64,000 bases of DNA from Pseudomonadota bacterium. Lineage in GTDB: Bacteria; Pseudomonadota; Gammaproteobacteria; Steroidobacterales; SZUA-146. The stretch is from assembly GCA_039028935.1 (NCBI GenBank), contig JBCCHD010000011.1:24378-88377 (forward strand), in the 5' to 3' direction. The notes under the pieces were generated by a model. It was not told where the DNA came from. It did no database searches and was given only the letters and a program-made list of their open reading frames with translations. Shown here piece by piece: positions 50,579-59,894 of the stretch. The translations under genes and the position numbers were made by a program. The stretch's first letter is position 1, and each line of letters opens with the position of its first letter.

Positions 50579-52450
50579 ATGAGCGGCCGCGATCCAATAA
50601 AAGACACTCATTTCGAACAGGTCGTGTTTTCGGCGCGGGTTATTTTTGCCGGGGTTTTTGCGCTGATTTTGTTCGGCCTGCTGCTTTTTAGGTTGTTTAC
50701 ACTGCAAATAATCGATCACGAGCACTACCAAACGCTGTCGCAAGGCAATCGGGTGAGAATCGAGCCGATTCCCCCGACCCGAGGGCTGATATTCGACCGA
50801 AACGGCACGTTACTGGCGGAGAATCTGCCCGCTTATCAGCTCGAACTGATCCCCGAACAAGTTGAAGACCTCGAATCGACCCTGGCGCGTTTGCGCCTTC
50901 TTGAGCTGCTGTCGATTGAAGATGAAGAGCGTTTTCGTGCGAATTTGTCCAAGAGCGCTCGGCGCTTTGTACCAGTACCCCTCAAATTTCGCCTCACCGA
51001 AGAGGAATTGGCTCGGTTTGCGGTGCAACGGCCGCGTTTTCCTGGCGTCGATATTCGCGCCCGCCTGGCGCGCCACTACCCGTTAAACCAATCGGGCGTT
51101 CATGCCATTGGCTACGTTGGCAGCCTGTCGAGTAATGATCTGGCCAACGTCGAACCCTCGCTCTACGCCGGCACGACGCACATCGGCAAAAGTGGTGTCG
51201 AGCGCGCATACGAAAATCTGCTGCACGGTAACGTGGGGTATCGTCAGGTGGTGGTCAATGCGCAAGGCCGTGCCCTGCAGGTGCTCGAAGGCAATCCACC
51301 AACGCCGGGCAATGATCTGTATCTCACTCTGGATGTGCCGACACAACAAGCCGCGGAAGAAGCGCTTGGCGAAAAGCGCGGCGCGGTGGTCGCTCTAGAT
51401 CCGAATAATGGTGAAATTTTGGCGTTGGTCAGCACACCAGGCTATGACCCCAACCCCTTCGGCGAGGGCCTGACCCAACGCGAATACGCATTACTGCGTG
51501 ACGATCCTGATACGCCCTTTCTTAATAGGGCCTTGAGCGGACAGTATCCCCCTGGTTCGACCGTTAAACCGATTCTCGGTCTGGCGGCATTGCATTTCGG
51601 TGTGTCGAACGCCTGGGACCGAACGTACTGTCAAGGATATTTCTCGATTCCTGGCAATGAGCACCGCTATCGCGACTGGAAAATTGAAGGGCACGGCGAG
51701 GTGACACTCGCCTCAGCCATCGCTCAGTCATGCGACGTGTACTTCTACGAAATGGCCCTCGAACTGGGCATCGACCGAATGCACACGTTTATGGCCGCGT
51801 TTGGTTTTGGTCAGCCAACCCAAATTGATATCCGCGGGGAACGGCGTGGCATAAACCCGTCACGCGCGTGGAAAAAATTGCGCTTCGATCGACCCGCCGA
51901 ACAAGTTTGGTTCCCAGGCGAAACCGTGATTACCGGCATCGGTCAAGGATCCACACTGGCCACGCCACTCCAACTCGCCTACGCCACCGCGACACTCGCG
52001 ACGCGCGGCCATCGCTTCAAGCCGCGGCTCGTTGAGGCCGTGCGTGACCCGATCTCGGGAGAAATTACGCGCACCCCCACGGTTCCCCAAGAGGTGGTCA
52101 GCATTCGCGATCCAGCGGATTGGGAATACATTGTTCAAGCCATGACCGATGTCATGCACAGCCCGCTCGGCAGTGCGCGCGCCAGCGCCTTAAACAGTGC
52201 CTATCGCATCGCTGGCAAAACTGGCACAGCCCAGGTGTTTACTGTGGGTCAAGACGAAGTCTATGACGAATTGGAACTCACCGAGCGTCAGCGCGACCAC
52301 GCGTGGTTTGTGGCGTTTGCGCCAGTGGATAACCCACAAATAGCCGTGGCGGTTCTGGTCGAAAACGGGGGCAGCGGCAGCGCCGCGGCGGCGCCACTCG
52401 CGCGCCGTGTGATGGACGCCTATTTGTTGAACAAAGAGCGACGTCGATGA
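50579..52450 (+). CDS. mrdA: penicillin-binding protein 2 (elongasome transpeptidase)
   Basis: 623 aa. SxxK motif PPGSTVKP, SxN region, and KTGTAQ. Confidence 0.95.
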   Translation: MSGRDPIKDTHFEQVVFSARVIFAGVFALILFGLLLFRLFTLQIIDHEHYQTLSQGNRVRIEPIPPTRGLIFDRNGTLLAENLPAYQLELIPEQVEDLESTLARLRLLELLSIEDEERFRANLSKSARRFVPVPLKFRLTEEELARFAVQRPRFPGVDIRARLARHYPLNQSGVHAIGYVGSLSSNDLANVEPSLYAGTTHIGKSGVERAYENLLHGNVGYRQVVVNAQGRALQVLEGNPPTPGNDLYLTLDVPTQQAAEEALGEKRGAVVALDPNNGEILALVSTPGYDPNPFGEGLTQREYALLRDDPDTPFLNRALSGQYPPGSTVKPILGLAALHFGVSNAWDRTYCQGYFSIPGNEHRYRDWKIEGHGEVTLASAIAQSCDVYFYEMALELGIDRMHTFMAAFGFGQPTQIDIRGERRGINPSRAWKKLRFDRPAEQVWFPGETVITGIGQGSTLATPLQLAYATATLATRGHRFKPRLVEAVRDPISGEITRTPTVPQEVVSIRDPADWEYIVQAMTDVMHSPLGSARASALNSAYRIAGKTGTAQVFTVGQDEVYDELELTERQRDHAWFVAFAPVDNPQIAVAVLVENGGSGSAAAAPLARRVMDAYLLNKERRR

Positions 52451-53592
52451 ACCTGGACATCAGTCTCGATCAACGCGAACAGCGCGCGCCTTTGAATCTG
52501 GTCGGTCGCATGCTTCTGCGATTACACATCGACGGCATGCTGCTCGTCTTGTTATTGCTGATCTGTGCCGTCGGCATCTTCGTGTTATACAGTGCCGATG
52601 GCCAAAGTTTGGGCCGCGTTAACAAACAGCTTGTGCGCATCGTAGTCGCCTTTGGCGGTGCGATTGTCATCGCGCAGATGCCACCGAACTTTCTGCGCAT
52701 GTGGTCGCCCCTGCTCTTTATCGCTGGCCTCATCCTGTTGGTGCTTGTGGAATTTACCGGTGATGTGGGCAAAGGTGCTCAGCGCTGGCTCGACATTGGC
52801 TTATTTTCATTTCAACCCTCTGAGATTATGAAACTCGCCGTGCCGATGGCGGTAGCCTGGTATCTGCACAAAGTGCCGCTACCACCCACACTCAAGACCC
52901 TTGCGTTTTGCGGTTTGATCATCGCCGCACCGACTTACTTAATCCTACGGCAACCGGACTTGGGAACCGCCTTGCTGATCGCCAGCTCCGGCATACTGGC
53001 GGTGTTTTTCGCGGGCCTTTCAAAACGCTTAATCGCAGGATTGGGACTGCTCGCGGCGTGCGCCGCCCCGGCAATTTGGCATTTTGATTTGATTCGCGAG
53101 TACCAAAAGCAGCGAATTTTGACCATGTTCAACCCCGAGAGTGATCCACTGGGCGCGGGCTACCACATCATTCAATCAAAAATCGCCATCGGCTCTGGTG
53201 GGCTTTTCGGCAAAGGCTGGCTGAACGGCACCCAATCACAGCTGGAATTTCTCCCAGAGCGTTCCACTGATTTTATTTTTGCCGTGTTGGGGGAGGAGTT
53301 TGGGCTTCTGGGCTTGATAACCCTGCTCACGCTGTATGTCTTGGTTGTGGCGCGCGGTATGGTCATTGCGCTACAGGCGCAGGACACTTACACACGCCTA
53401 CTCGCTGGCAGCATCAGCGGAACGTTCTTCGTGTACGTATTTGTCAATACTGGCATGGTCACCGGGCTGCTTCCGGTCGTCGGCGTCCCATTACCCTTGG
53501 TGAGTTACGGCGGCACGTCGATGGTGACCCTCATGGCCGGTTTCGGTATCCTTATGTCTATTCATTCTCACCGCAAATTCATGGCCCGATAA
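52447..53592 (+). CDS. rodA: SEDS peptidoglycan polymerase RodA
   Basis: 381 aa. FQPSEIMKL, DLGTALL, LPERSTDFIFAVLGEEFG. Has a 4-nt overlap with mrdA. Confidence 0.95.
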   Translation: MNLDISLDQREQRAPLNLVGRMLLRLHIDGMLLVLLLLICAVGIFVLYSADGQSLGRVNKQLVRIVVAFGGAIVIAQMPPNFLRMWSPLLFIAGLILLVLVEFTGDVGKGAQRWLDIGLFSFQPSEIMKLAVPMAVAWYLHKVPLPPTLKTLAFCGLIIAAPTYLILRQPDLGTALLIASSGILAVFFAGLSKRLIAGLGLLAACAAPAIWHFDLIREYQKQRILTMFNPESDPLGAGYHIIQSKIAIGSGGLFGKGWLNGTQSQLEFLPERSTDFIFAVLGEEFGLLGLITLLTLYVLVVARGMVIALQAQDTYTRLLAGSISGTFFVYVFVNTGMVTGLLPVVGVPLPLVSYGGTSMVTLMAGFGILMSIHSHRKFMAR

Positions 53593-54584
53593 TGACACTC
53601 AAAAAACTCGTGATCGCGATTGCAGGTGTGCTGATAACACTGCCCACAAGCACGCAAACGCTCGACATCGAACGCGACAATGTACAAGCGTTCATCAATG
53701 TCATGGTGAACGAGCATCAGCTCGCTCGTGGCGATGTCGAAGCGGTGCTCAAGCAAGCTGAAACCAAAGAATCCATTCTCGAGGCGATGCGCCGGCCGGC
53801 CGAAAAGAGCAAGCCTTGGCATGCGTATCGAAAGATTTTCTTAACGTCACGTCGAATTCGCGAAGGCGTGGCATTTTGGAAAACCCATCGGGACGCGATC
53901 GAGAGTGTTGCGGATGCGCGTGGCGTACCGCCCGAGATCATCGTGGCGATTATTGGCGTCGAAACCCATTATGGTCGGATCACAGGCAGCTATCGGGTCG
54001 TGGATGCGCTGTCCACACTCGCGTTCGATTACCCACCTCGGAGTCCGTTTTTTACCAAAGAACTCGAACATTTTTTCTTGCTCAGTAGCGAAGAACCGGT
54101 TGAGTTGCTCAACGCCAAAGGCTCTTATGCTGGCGCCATGGGTGCGCCACAGTTTATTCCCAGCTCCTACCGACGCTACGCCGCCGATGGCGACGACGAT
54201 GGGCGGCGCAATTTGTTTACTAGTTGGCACGATGTGTTTGCCAGTATTGCCAATTACTTTGTCGAACACGGCTGGCAAACAGGGGGGCCGATTGTGTCAC
54301 GCGCGGACGGTGATCCACGCCTAGCCGAACGCCTGGAACTGCGCCGATTGGCAACCGTCTATCGGACCGAATTTTTGCAGCAAGAGGGACTTCAGTTCGA
54401 GCGACTCAGTGGCGCCGATGACCGGGCGATGGTGATTAATTTCGAAGGTGAAACGGAACCCGAAATCTGGATTGGCTATCAGAATTTTTACGTCATCACG
54501 CGCTACAACCGCAGCAAAATGTACGCAATGGCCGTGCACCAACTCAGCGAGGCAATCCGCGATGGCATGTTGGTTGATGAATAA
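53592..54584 (+). CDS. mltB: lytic murein transglycosylase B
   Basis: 330 aa. GVPPEIIVAIIGVETHYGR, GSYAGAMGAPQFIPSSY. Its ATG shares one base with the rodA stop. Confidence 0.9.
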   Translation: MTLKKLVIAIAGVLITLPTSTQTLDIERDNVQAFINVMVNEHQLARGDVEAVLKQAETKESILEAMRRPAEKSKPWHAYRKIFLTSRRIREGVAFWKTHRDAIESVADARGVPPEIIVAIIGVETHYGRITGSYRVVDALSTLAFDYPPRSPFFTKELEHFFLLSSEEPVELLNAKGSYAGAMGAPQFIPSSYRRYAADGDDDGRRNLFTSWHDVFASIANYFVEHGWQTGGPIVSRADGDPRLAERLELRRLATVYRTEFLQQEGLQFERLSGADDRAMVINFEGETEPEIWIGYQNFYVITRYNRSKMYAMAVHQLSEAIRDGMLVDE

Positions 54585-55536
54585 GCGCACGCTCGTATGG
54601 GTCGTGTTGCTGTGTGTGGGACTCAGCGGCTGCCTGAGCCGACCCGTTTCTCCGCCCTCGCGCTCAGCTCCACCGCCCGATGTGCTACCGCCGCAGTATG
54701 AGCGTTCCTATGTCGTATTTGGCCAGCGCTACTACATTTTAAAGAGTGCCAACGGGTACGACGAGCAAGGCATCGCATCGTGGTACGGCCCTAAGTTTCA
54801 CGGCCGCAAAACCGCGAACGGGGAAACCTATGACATGCACGGTATGTCGGCCGCGCACAAAAGCCTGCCGCTCGATACTTGGGTGCGTGTCACCAACCTC
54901 GACAATCAAAAACAACTCACACTGCGCATCAACGATCGCGGTCCGTTCGTTGACGATCGCATTATTGATCTGTCGTTCGCGGCCGCAAAAGCGCTGGACG
55001 TGGTCGCACCCGGTACGGCCCCTGTTCGAGTCGAGGCGATTTCGGCCACTGCCCGTCTTGCGCCACGTGAAGTGGTCACCGCCACGATTGAACGACCCGC
55101 GGTGATCGAGAGCCGCCCTTCTCTTGAGCCCGCACCGGTTTTTAGTGAAGAACCGGCCGCGGACGCCGCGCCCACCGGCATCATCAGTCCAGATACAGTG
55201 TATGGCTCAACACCCGTAATGCCCGCGCCGTCACCCGCTACTGCCACCTCCTCAACGCGCGAGCGTCCCCGTGTGGCGGCAAGTGATTCACAGGTATTTC
55301 AAAGTGGAAGTTTTATTCAGGTGGCTGCGTTCAGTTCACTGGAAAACGCCACAGCGATGAAGACGCAGCTTGAGCAATCCGGATTTGAAAACGTGTTTGT
55401 ACAGTCGTTCGACGCGAATGGGCGCACCGTCCACCGCGTGCGATTGGGGCCGCTGAATTCTGCGACTCAACACCAGTCGCTCACCGACAAACTGACGGCC
55501 ATCGGGTTGCTCGGTTTTCAAACGGTCAGACCGTAA
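54577..55536 (+). CDS. rlpA: septal ring lytic transglycosylase RlpA (DPBB + SPOR domains)
   Basis: MNKRTLVWVVLLCVGLSG|C lipobox. DPBB core GIASWYGPKFHGRKTANGETYDMHGMSAAHKSLPLDTWVRVTNL. C-terminal SPOR domain (FIQVAAFSSLENA...RVRLGPL). The ATG at 54577 is preferred to the track start at 54448. Confidence 0.9.
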   Translation: MNKRTLVWVVLLCVGLSGCLSRPVSPPSRSAPPPDVLPPQYERSYVVFGQRYYILKSANGYDEQGIASWYGPKFHGRKTANGETYDMHGMSAAHKSLPLDTWVRVTNLDNQKQLTLRINDRGPFVDDRIIDLSFAAAKALDVVAPGTAPVRVEAISATARLAPREVVTATIERPAVIESRPSLEPAPVFSEEPAADAAPTGIISPDTVYGSTPVMPAPSPATATSSTRERPRVAASDSQVFQSGSFIQVAAFSSLENATAMKTQLEQSGFENVFVQSFDANGRTVHRVRLGPLNSATQHQSLTDKLTAIGLLGFQTVRP

Positions 55537-55614
55537 TGGTTTTTACCGTGCGGCAGCACCCAGCATGACTCAACTTACTATCGTATAACCCCACACCTCG
55601 CGAGATTCCGACCC

Positions 55615-56754
55615 ATGCATTTTTTCGGCCGACTGACACTCGTCTTCCTTAGCTTCATTGTGGCGTTCACAACGTTCGCTCAAACACCCATACCCGCGGC
55701 GCCCTCGATCAACGCCAAAAGCTATCTCGTGCGCGATCACAATAGTGGCAAGATTATTGCGGAGAAAAATGCGCACGACCGCGTCGCGCCGGCAAGCATC
55801 ACCAAGCTTATGACCGCCTATGTCACGTTCAAAAAGCTTGCCGAAGGCAGCGTCACGCTCGACAGCATGGTCCCGATTAGCAAGCGTGCCTACGATGCTG
55901 AGGGATCGCGCATGTTTGTCGAAATCAACAGTCAGGTCAGCCTCGAAGATCTTATTCAGGGCATGATCGTACAAAGCGGAAATGATGCCAGCATCGCTAT
56001 TGCCGAGTTTCTCGGCGGAACGGAAGAAGTGTTTGCCACACTCATGAATTACCACGCCGACGCACTGGGCATGACCAACAGCCAATTCATGAACAGCACG
56101 GGTCTGCCCGATGAGGGACACTATTCAACAGCGTGGGACATCGCCACGCTGTCCTCCGCCATCATCAATGAATTCCCCGATTACTATCGTTGGTATAGCC
56201 AGAAAAAGTTCACCTGGAATTCGATTCCACAAAGCAATCGCAACACTTTGCTGTGGACAGACGAGACGGTGGACGGTTTAAAGACGGGGTACACCAAAGA
56301 AGCGGGCTACTGCCTTGTCTCCTCGGCGTTACGCGGCGAAATGCGCATCATCTCGGTCGTTCTTGGCACGCCCACCGAAAAAGGTCGCGCCAACGCCAGT
56401 CGCTCGTTGTTAAACTACGCGTTCAGCTTTTATCGCACGCATCGCCTTTATGAGCGCGGCGCGGAACTGGGCACCGCCAAAGTGTGGAAAGCCGACAATC
56501 AAAGCCTCCCGGTAGGGCTTGAAAACGAGCTCTATATCACCATACCTAAGGGACAATACGAGTCATTAGAGGCATCGATGAATCTGCAGGAGCCGCTCAC
56601 CGCACCGCTCGCGGCCAACACACCACTAGGCAGCGTCACGATCAAACTGCAGGACGACGTGATTGCGCAAGTGCCACTCATTGCGCTGCGCGACGTGCCA
56701 GAAGGAAGCGTATTTCGCCGCCTCAGCGATTCGGTCATGCTGTGGTTTGAGTAG
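55615..56754 (+). CDS. D-alanyl-D-alanine carboxypeptidase (PBP5/6, DacA/DacC type)
   Basis: 379 aa with a signal peptide. SxxK motif PASITKLM, SGN (VQSGNDA), and KTG (LKTGYT). Confidence 0.9.
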   Translation: MHFFGRLTLVFLSFIVAFTTFAQTPIPAAPSINAKSYLVRDHNSGKIIAEKNAHDRVAPASITKLMTAYVTFKKLAEGSVTLDSMVPISKRAYDAEGSRMFVEINSQVSLEDLIQGMIVQSGNDASIAIAEFLGGTEEVFATLMNYHADALGMTNSQFMNSTGLPDEGHYSTAWDIATLSSAIINEFPDYYRWYSQKKFTWNSIPQSNRNTLLWTDETVDGLKTGYTKEAGYCLVSSALRGEMRIISVVLGTPTEKGRANASRSLLNYAFSFYRTHRLYERGAELGTAKVWKADNQSLPVGLENELYITIPKGQYESLEASMNLQEPLTAPLAANTPLGSVTIKLQDDVIAQVPLIALRDVPEGSVFRRLSDSVMLWFE

Positions 56755-56758
56755 CGAT

Positions 56759-57646
56759 ATGATTGATGCGCGCGTACTGCCGTTCGCGTACTTGAACGGC
56801 GACATTTTGCCCATTGAGCAAGCCAAGATTCCGGCGCTCGATCGCGGCTTTTTGTTCGGCGACGCGATATACGAGGTCATCCCTGTTTACCAAGGACAGC
56901 TGTTTCGTGCCGGCAGTCATATCGATCGACTCATGGACGGACTGGCCAAAATCCATATCGCTTCGTCTTTCGATGCGCAGGAATGGCGCACGGTGTTCGC
57001 AACCACCGCCAAAGCCAATGGGGCGATCGATCAATACATCTATTTACAGGTCACCCGAGGTGTCAGTCATTACCGAGACCACGCCACGCCCAGCGATATC
57101 GATCCTCTGGTGTTTGCGATGTCGCAGAAGCTACCGCCGCGGGCGAAAGCCGCACTCGAACACGGTATCGCCACCACACTTTTGCCCGACACGCGATGGT
57201 CGCGCTGCGATATCAAAAGCACGTCGCTGCTCGCAAACGTACTACTCAGACAGCGAGCCATCGACGACGACTGTGTGGAAGCGATTCTGCACGCAGATGG
57301 CTTTGTCACCGAAGGCGCGGCCAGCACGATCATGATGGCTGTCGACGGGACATTGGTTGTGCCGCCAAACTCGAATGCCATCCTGCCAGGCACGACCCGC
57401 CGCCTGGTCGAAGAGCTCGCCGATACGGCCGGCATTCCCTGCCAAACGACACGGTTAGCACTCGACGTATTTATGCGCGCGGATGAAGTGATGCTAAGCG
57501 CGGCCACCAAAGAGCTACTACCGGTTACGTCGGTCGACGGTAAAGCGGTGGGCAATGGGCGACCTGGCCCCATTTGGGCAGCCCTGGATTCGGCTTTTCA
57601 AGAGTACAAATTGGCCACTCTGGCTGATACGGACGCGCAACCATGA
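56759..57646 (+). CDS. dat: D-amino-acid aminotransferase (class IV PLP aminotransferase)
   Basis: GFLFGDAIYEVIPVY..LFR...HIDRL pattern. The ATG at 56759 is preferred to the track start at 56663. A related class IV enzyme cannot be excluded. Confidence 0.7.
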   Translation: MIDARVLPFAYLNGDILPIEQAKIPALDRGFLFGDAIYEVIPVYQGQLFRAGSHIDRLMDGLAKIHIASSFDAQEWRTVFATTAKANGAIDQYIYLQVTRGVSHYRDHATPSDIDPLVFAMSQKLPPRAKAALEHGIATTLLPDTRWSRCDIKSTSLLANVLLRQRAIDDDCVEAILHADGFVTEGAASTIMMAVDGTLVVPPNSNAILPGTTRRLVEELADTAGIPCQTTRLALDVFMRADEVMLSAATKELLPVTSVDGKAVGNGRPGPIWAALDSAFQEYKLATLADTDAQP

Positions 57647-57909
57647 GCGAAGACGACACACTCATTGAGTTTCCGTGCGCGTTTCCGATTAAGGTAATGG
57701 GCGTGAGTACGGCGTCGGTACGCGCTGGAATTGATCAGGCAATCGCGACGCAAGCCTGCAGCAGCCTACCCGTGGATATACAAGAACGCTCGAGTCGCAC
57801 CGGAAAATACACCGCCTACACGATCACCTGCACCTATCAATCCAAAGCCGAATTGGACGCGATGTATCGCGCCTTTACCGCCATTGAGGGCGTGAGCATG
57901 GTGTTGTGA
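57643..57909 (+). CDS. ybeD: YbeD-family (DUF493) protein
   Basis: 88 aa. [11 protein letters not shown]. Sits in the conserved position upstream of lipB. Confidence 0.85.
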   Translation: MSEDDTLIEFPCAFPIKVMGVSTASVRAGIDQAIATQACSSLPVDIQERSSRTGKYTAYTITCTYQSKAELDAMYRAFTAIEGVSMVL

Positions 57910-58547
57910 GCCTGACGGTACGTGAACTCGGGCGTCAAGATTACGTGCCCATTTGGCAGGCCATGCAGACGTTCGTCGGCGGGCGGTCGCCCGACGAGCC
58001 CGGCGAGATTTGGATCGTCGAACATCCACCGGTTTTCACGCTGGGCAGCAATGCACGACCAGAGCATGTGCTCGCACCGGGCGATATCCCGGTAGTGCCG
58101 GTCGATCGCGGTGGGCAAGTGACGTATCACGGGCCCGGACAACTGGTGGTCTATCCGCTCATCTACCTGTCTCGCACCGGACTCGGTGTTCGCGATCTTG
58201 TGACCGCACTCGAACGAACAGTGGTGGATGTGCTGGCCGATTACGCGATCGATGCCTATCCACGCAAAGACGCGCCGGGTGTCTACGTTGAGCAAAAAAA
58301 AGTGGCCAGCATCGGACTGCGGATCAAGAGGAACTGGAGTTTTCACGGCCTAGCACTCAACGTCGACATGGACTTAGAACCTTTTTCACGCATCAATCCC
58401 TGCGGCTTTGCCGGAATGGAAATCACACAATGCCGCACACTGGGTGGACCCCAGACGCTCGATGAGGCCAGTGCGCGATTTATCCCGCACCTCCTGCGGC
58501 ATCTGCGCTATGATTCCACTACGGTTAACTTTGTAAACGAACGCTAA
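57906..58547 (+). CDS. lipB: octanoyltransferase LipB
   Basis: 213 aa. [36 protein letters not shown]. Confidence 0.95.
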   Translation: MSLTVRELGRQDYVPIWQAMQTFVGGRSPDEPGEIWIVEHPPVFTLGSNARPEHVLAPGDIPVVPVDRGGQVTYHGPGQLVVYPLIYLSRTGLGVRDLVTALERTVVDVLADYAIDAYPRKDAPGVYVEQKKVASIGLRIKRNWSFHGLALNVDMDLEPFSRINPCGFAGMEITQCRTLGGPQTLDEASARFIPHLLRHLRYDSTTVNFVNER

Positions 58548-58548
58548 C

Positions 58549-59520
58549 ATGGACTCCACACATCAGCGGCCCGCTCGCCCGGCTCGGCTAGAACCAGGCA
58601 AAAAGCTCACGGCGCAAGAAAAAATGGCTCGTATCCCCATCAAGATCGAGCCTACGGTCACCACGGTGCGTAAGCCGTCTTGGCTTCGTGTGAAAGCGCC
58701 CACGACGCCTCAGGTTAAGGCTCTCAAGGCCGTTTTACGCGAAAACCGTCTGCACACCGTATGCGAAGAAGCGAGTTGCCCAAACTTAACGGAGTGCTTT
58801 GGCCACGGTACCGCCACGTTCATGATCATGGGCGATATTTGCACACGCCGCTGCACGTTTTGCGACGTGGCACATGGCCGTCCGAAGCCGCTCGACACCG
58901 AAGAGCCGGCCAATCTCGCTCGGACGGTGGCGGCCATGAAGCTCAACTATGTCGTCATTACTTCCGTCGATCGAGACGACCTGCGCGATGGCGGCTCGCA
59001 GCACTTTGTCGATTGCATCAAGGCCATTCGCACATCGAGCCCCGACTGCCGCATCGAAGTTCTGGTACCTGACTTTCGTGGTCGTCACGACCGCGCATTG
59101 GATATTATGGAACAGGCGCCACCCGACGTGTTTAACCATAATATTGAGACGGTGCCACGCATCTACCGTGAAGTTCGACCCGGCTCGGATTACGCGCATT
59201 CGCTCAAGTTGCTCGCTGACTTCAAAGCGCAGCATCCGGGCGTGTCCACCAAGAGCGGCCTGATGGTAGGTATTGGTGAGGAGCTGGATGAGGTAGTCGA
59301 CGTGTTTCGCGACCTGCGTGCCCATCAGTGTGACATGCTGACCGTGGGCCAATACCTTCAGCCCAGCAAGCACCATATGCCGGTGAGCCGCTTCGTCACC
59401 CCTGACGAATTCAAGGATCTCGAGCGCATTGGTTACGAACTTGGCTTCACGCATGTGGCCAGCGGGCCACTCGTCCGATCGTCCTACCACGCGGATCAGC
59501 AGGCGTTACATTTGGGCTGA
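58549..59520 (+). CDS. lipA: lipoyl synthase
   Basis: 323 aa. Radical-SAM CTRRCTFC plus the N-terminal cluster [12 protein letters not shown]. Confidence 0.95.
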   Translation: MDSTHQRPARPARLEPGKKLTAQEKMARIPIKIEPTVTTVRKPSWLRVKAPTTPQVKALKAVLRENRLHTVCEEASCPNLTECFGHGTATFMIMGDICTRRCTFCDVAHGRPKPLDTEEPANLARTVAAMKLNYVVITSVDRDDLRDGGSQHFVDCIKAIRTSSPDCRIEVLVPDFRGRHDRALDIMEQAPPDVFNHNIETVPRIYREVRPGSDYAHSLKLLADFKAQHPGVSTKSGLMVGIGEELDEVVDVFRDLRAHQCDMLTVGQYLQPSKHHMPVSRFVTPDEFKDLERIGYELGFTHVASGPLVRSSYHADQQALHLG

Positions 59521-59894
59521 TCCCGCTCATCACAAGCTGCAATTCGCACTAGAAAAACTCCGTTAGCCATTGTTTTGGCTAGAGTTAGACTCAGCCTAGC
59601 CTAACCCAATTTGTAAAAAGTCATGACGAATAGTGCAATTTAACGATGCACCGCTATAATTCGCCCGAGTTTGGGGCAACGCGGTCGCTGTGGCGGCAGG
59701 GTTAACAAGGACTTACTGGGGTAAACGTTCGTCATCCGTGGCTTACGCGCTCCCGGTATTTCACATATAATCTGCCGATCGACTGAAACAGCGTCGAACG
59801 CTTTATCTCTACAATAAATTTGGGTTGGATATACCGGCTTCGTCGGTATGTATTTTTGTGACAATAGATTAGGGATACCTGGAGGTACTCTTCG

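Noticed and set aside
58786-59490. 234-aa ORF antisense to lipA; also 16711-17373 antisense to the sigma-54 activator, 40685-41323 antisense to prmC, 35072-35656 antisense to hemA, and 37887-38450 antisense to the CGL gene
   Set aside because: Each lies opposite a gene with unmistakable catalytic motifs. The long shadow ORFs are expected at this GC content.
59640-59864. 74-aa minus-strand ORF inside the leader of the repeat-lipoprotein gene
   Set aside because: It lies in an AT-rich intergenic region, has no Shine-Dalgarno, has odd composition, and overlaps the putative promoter elements.
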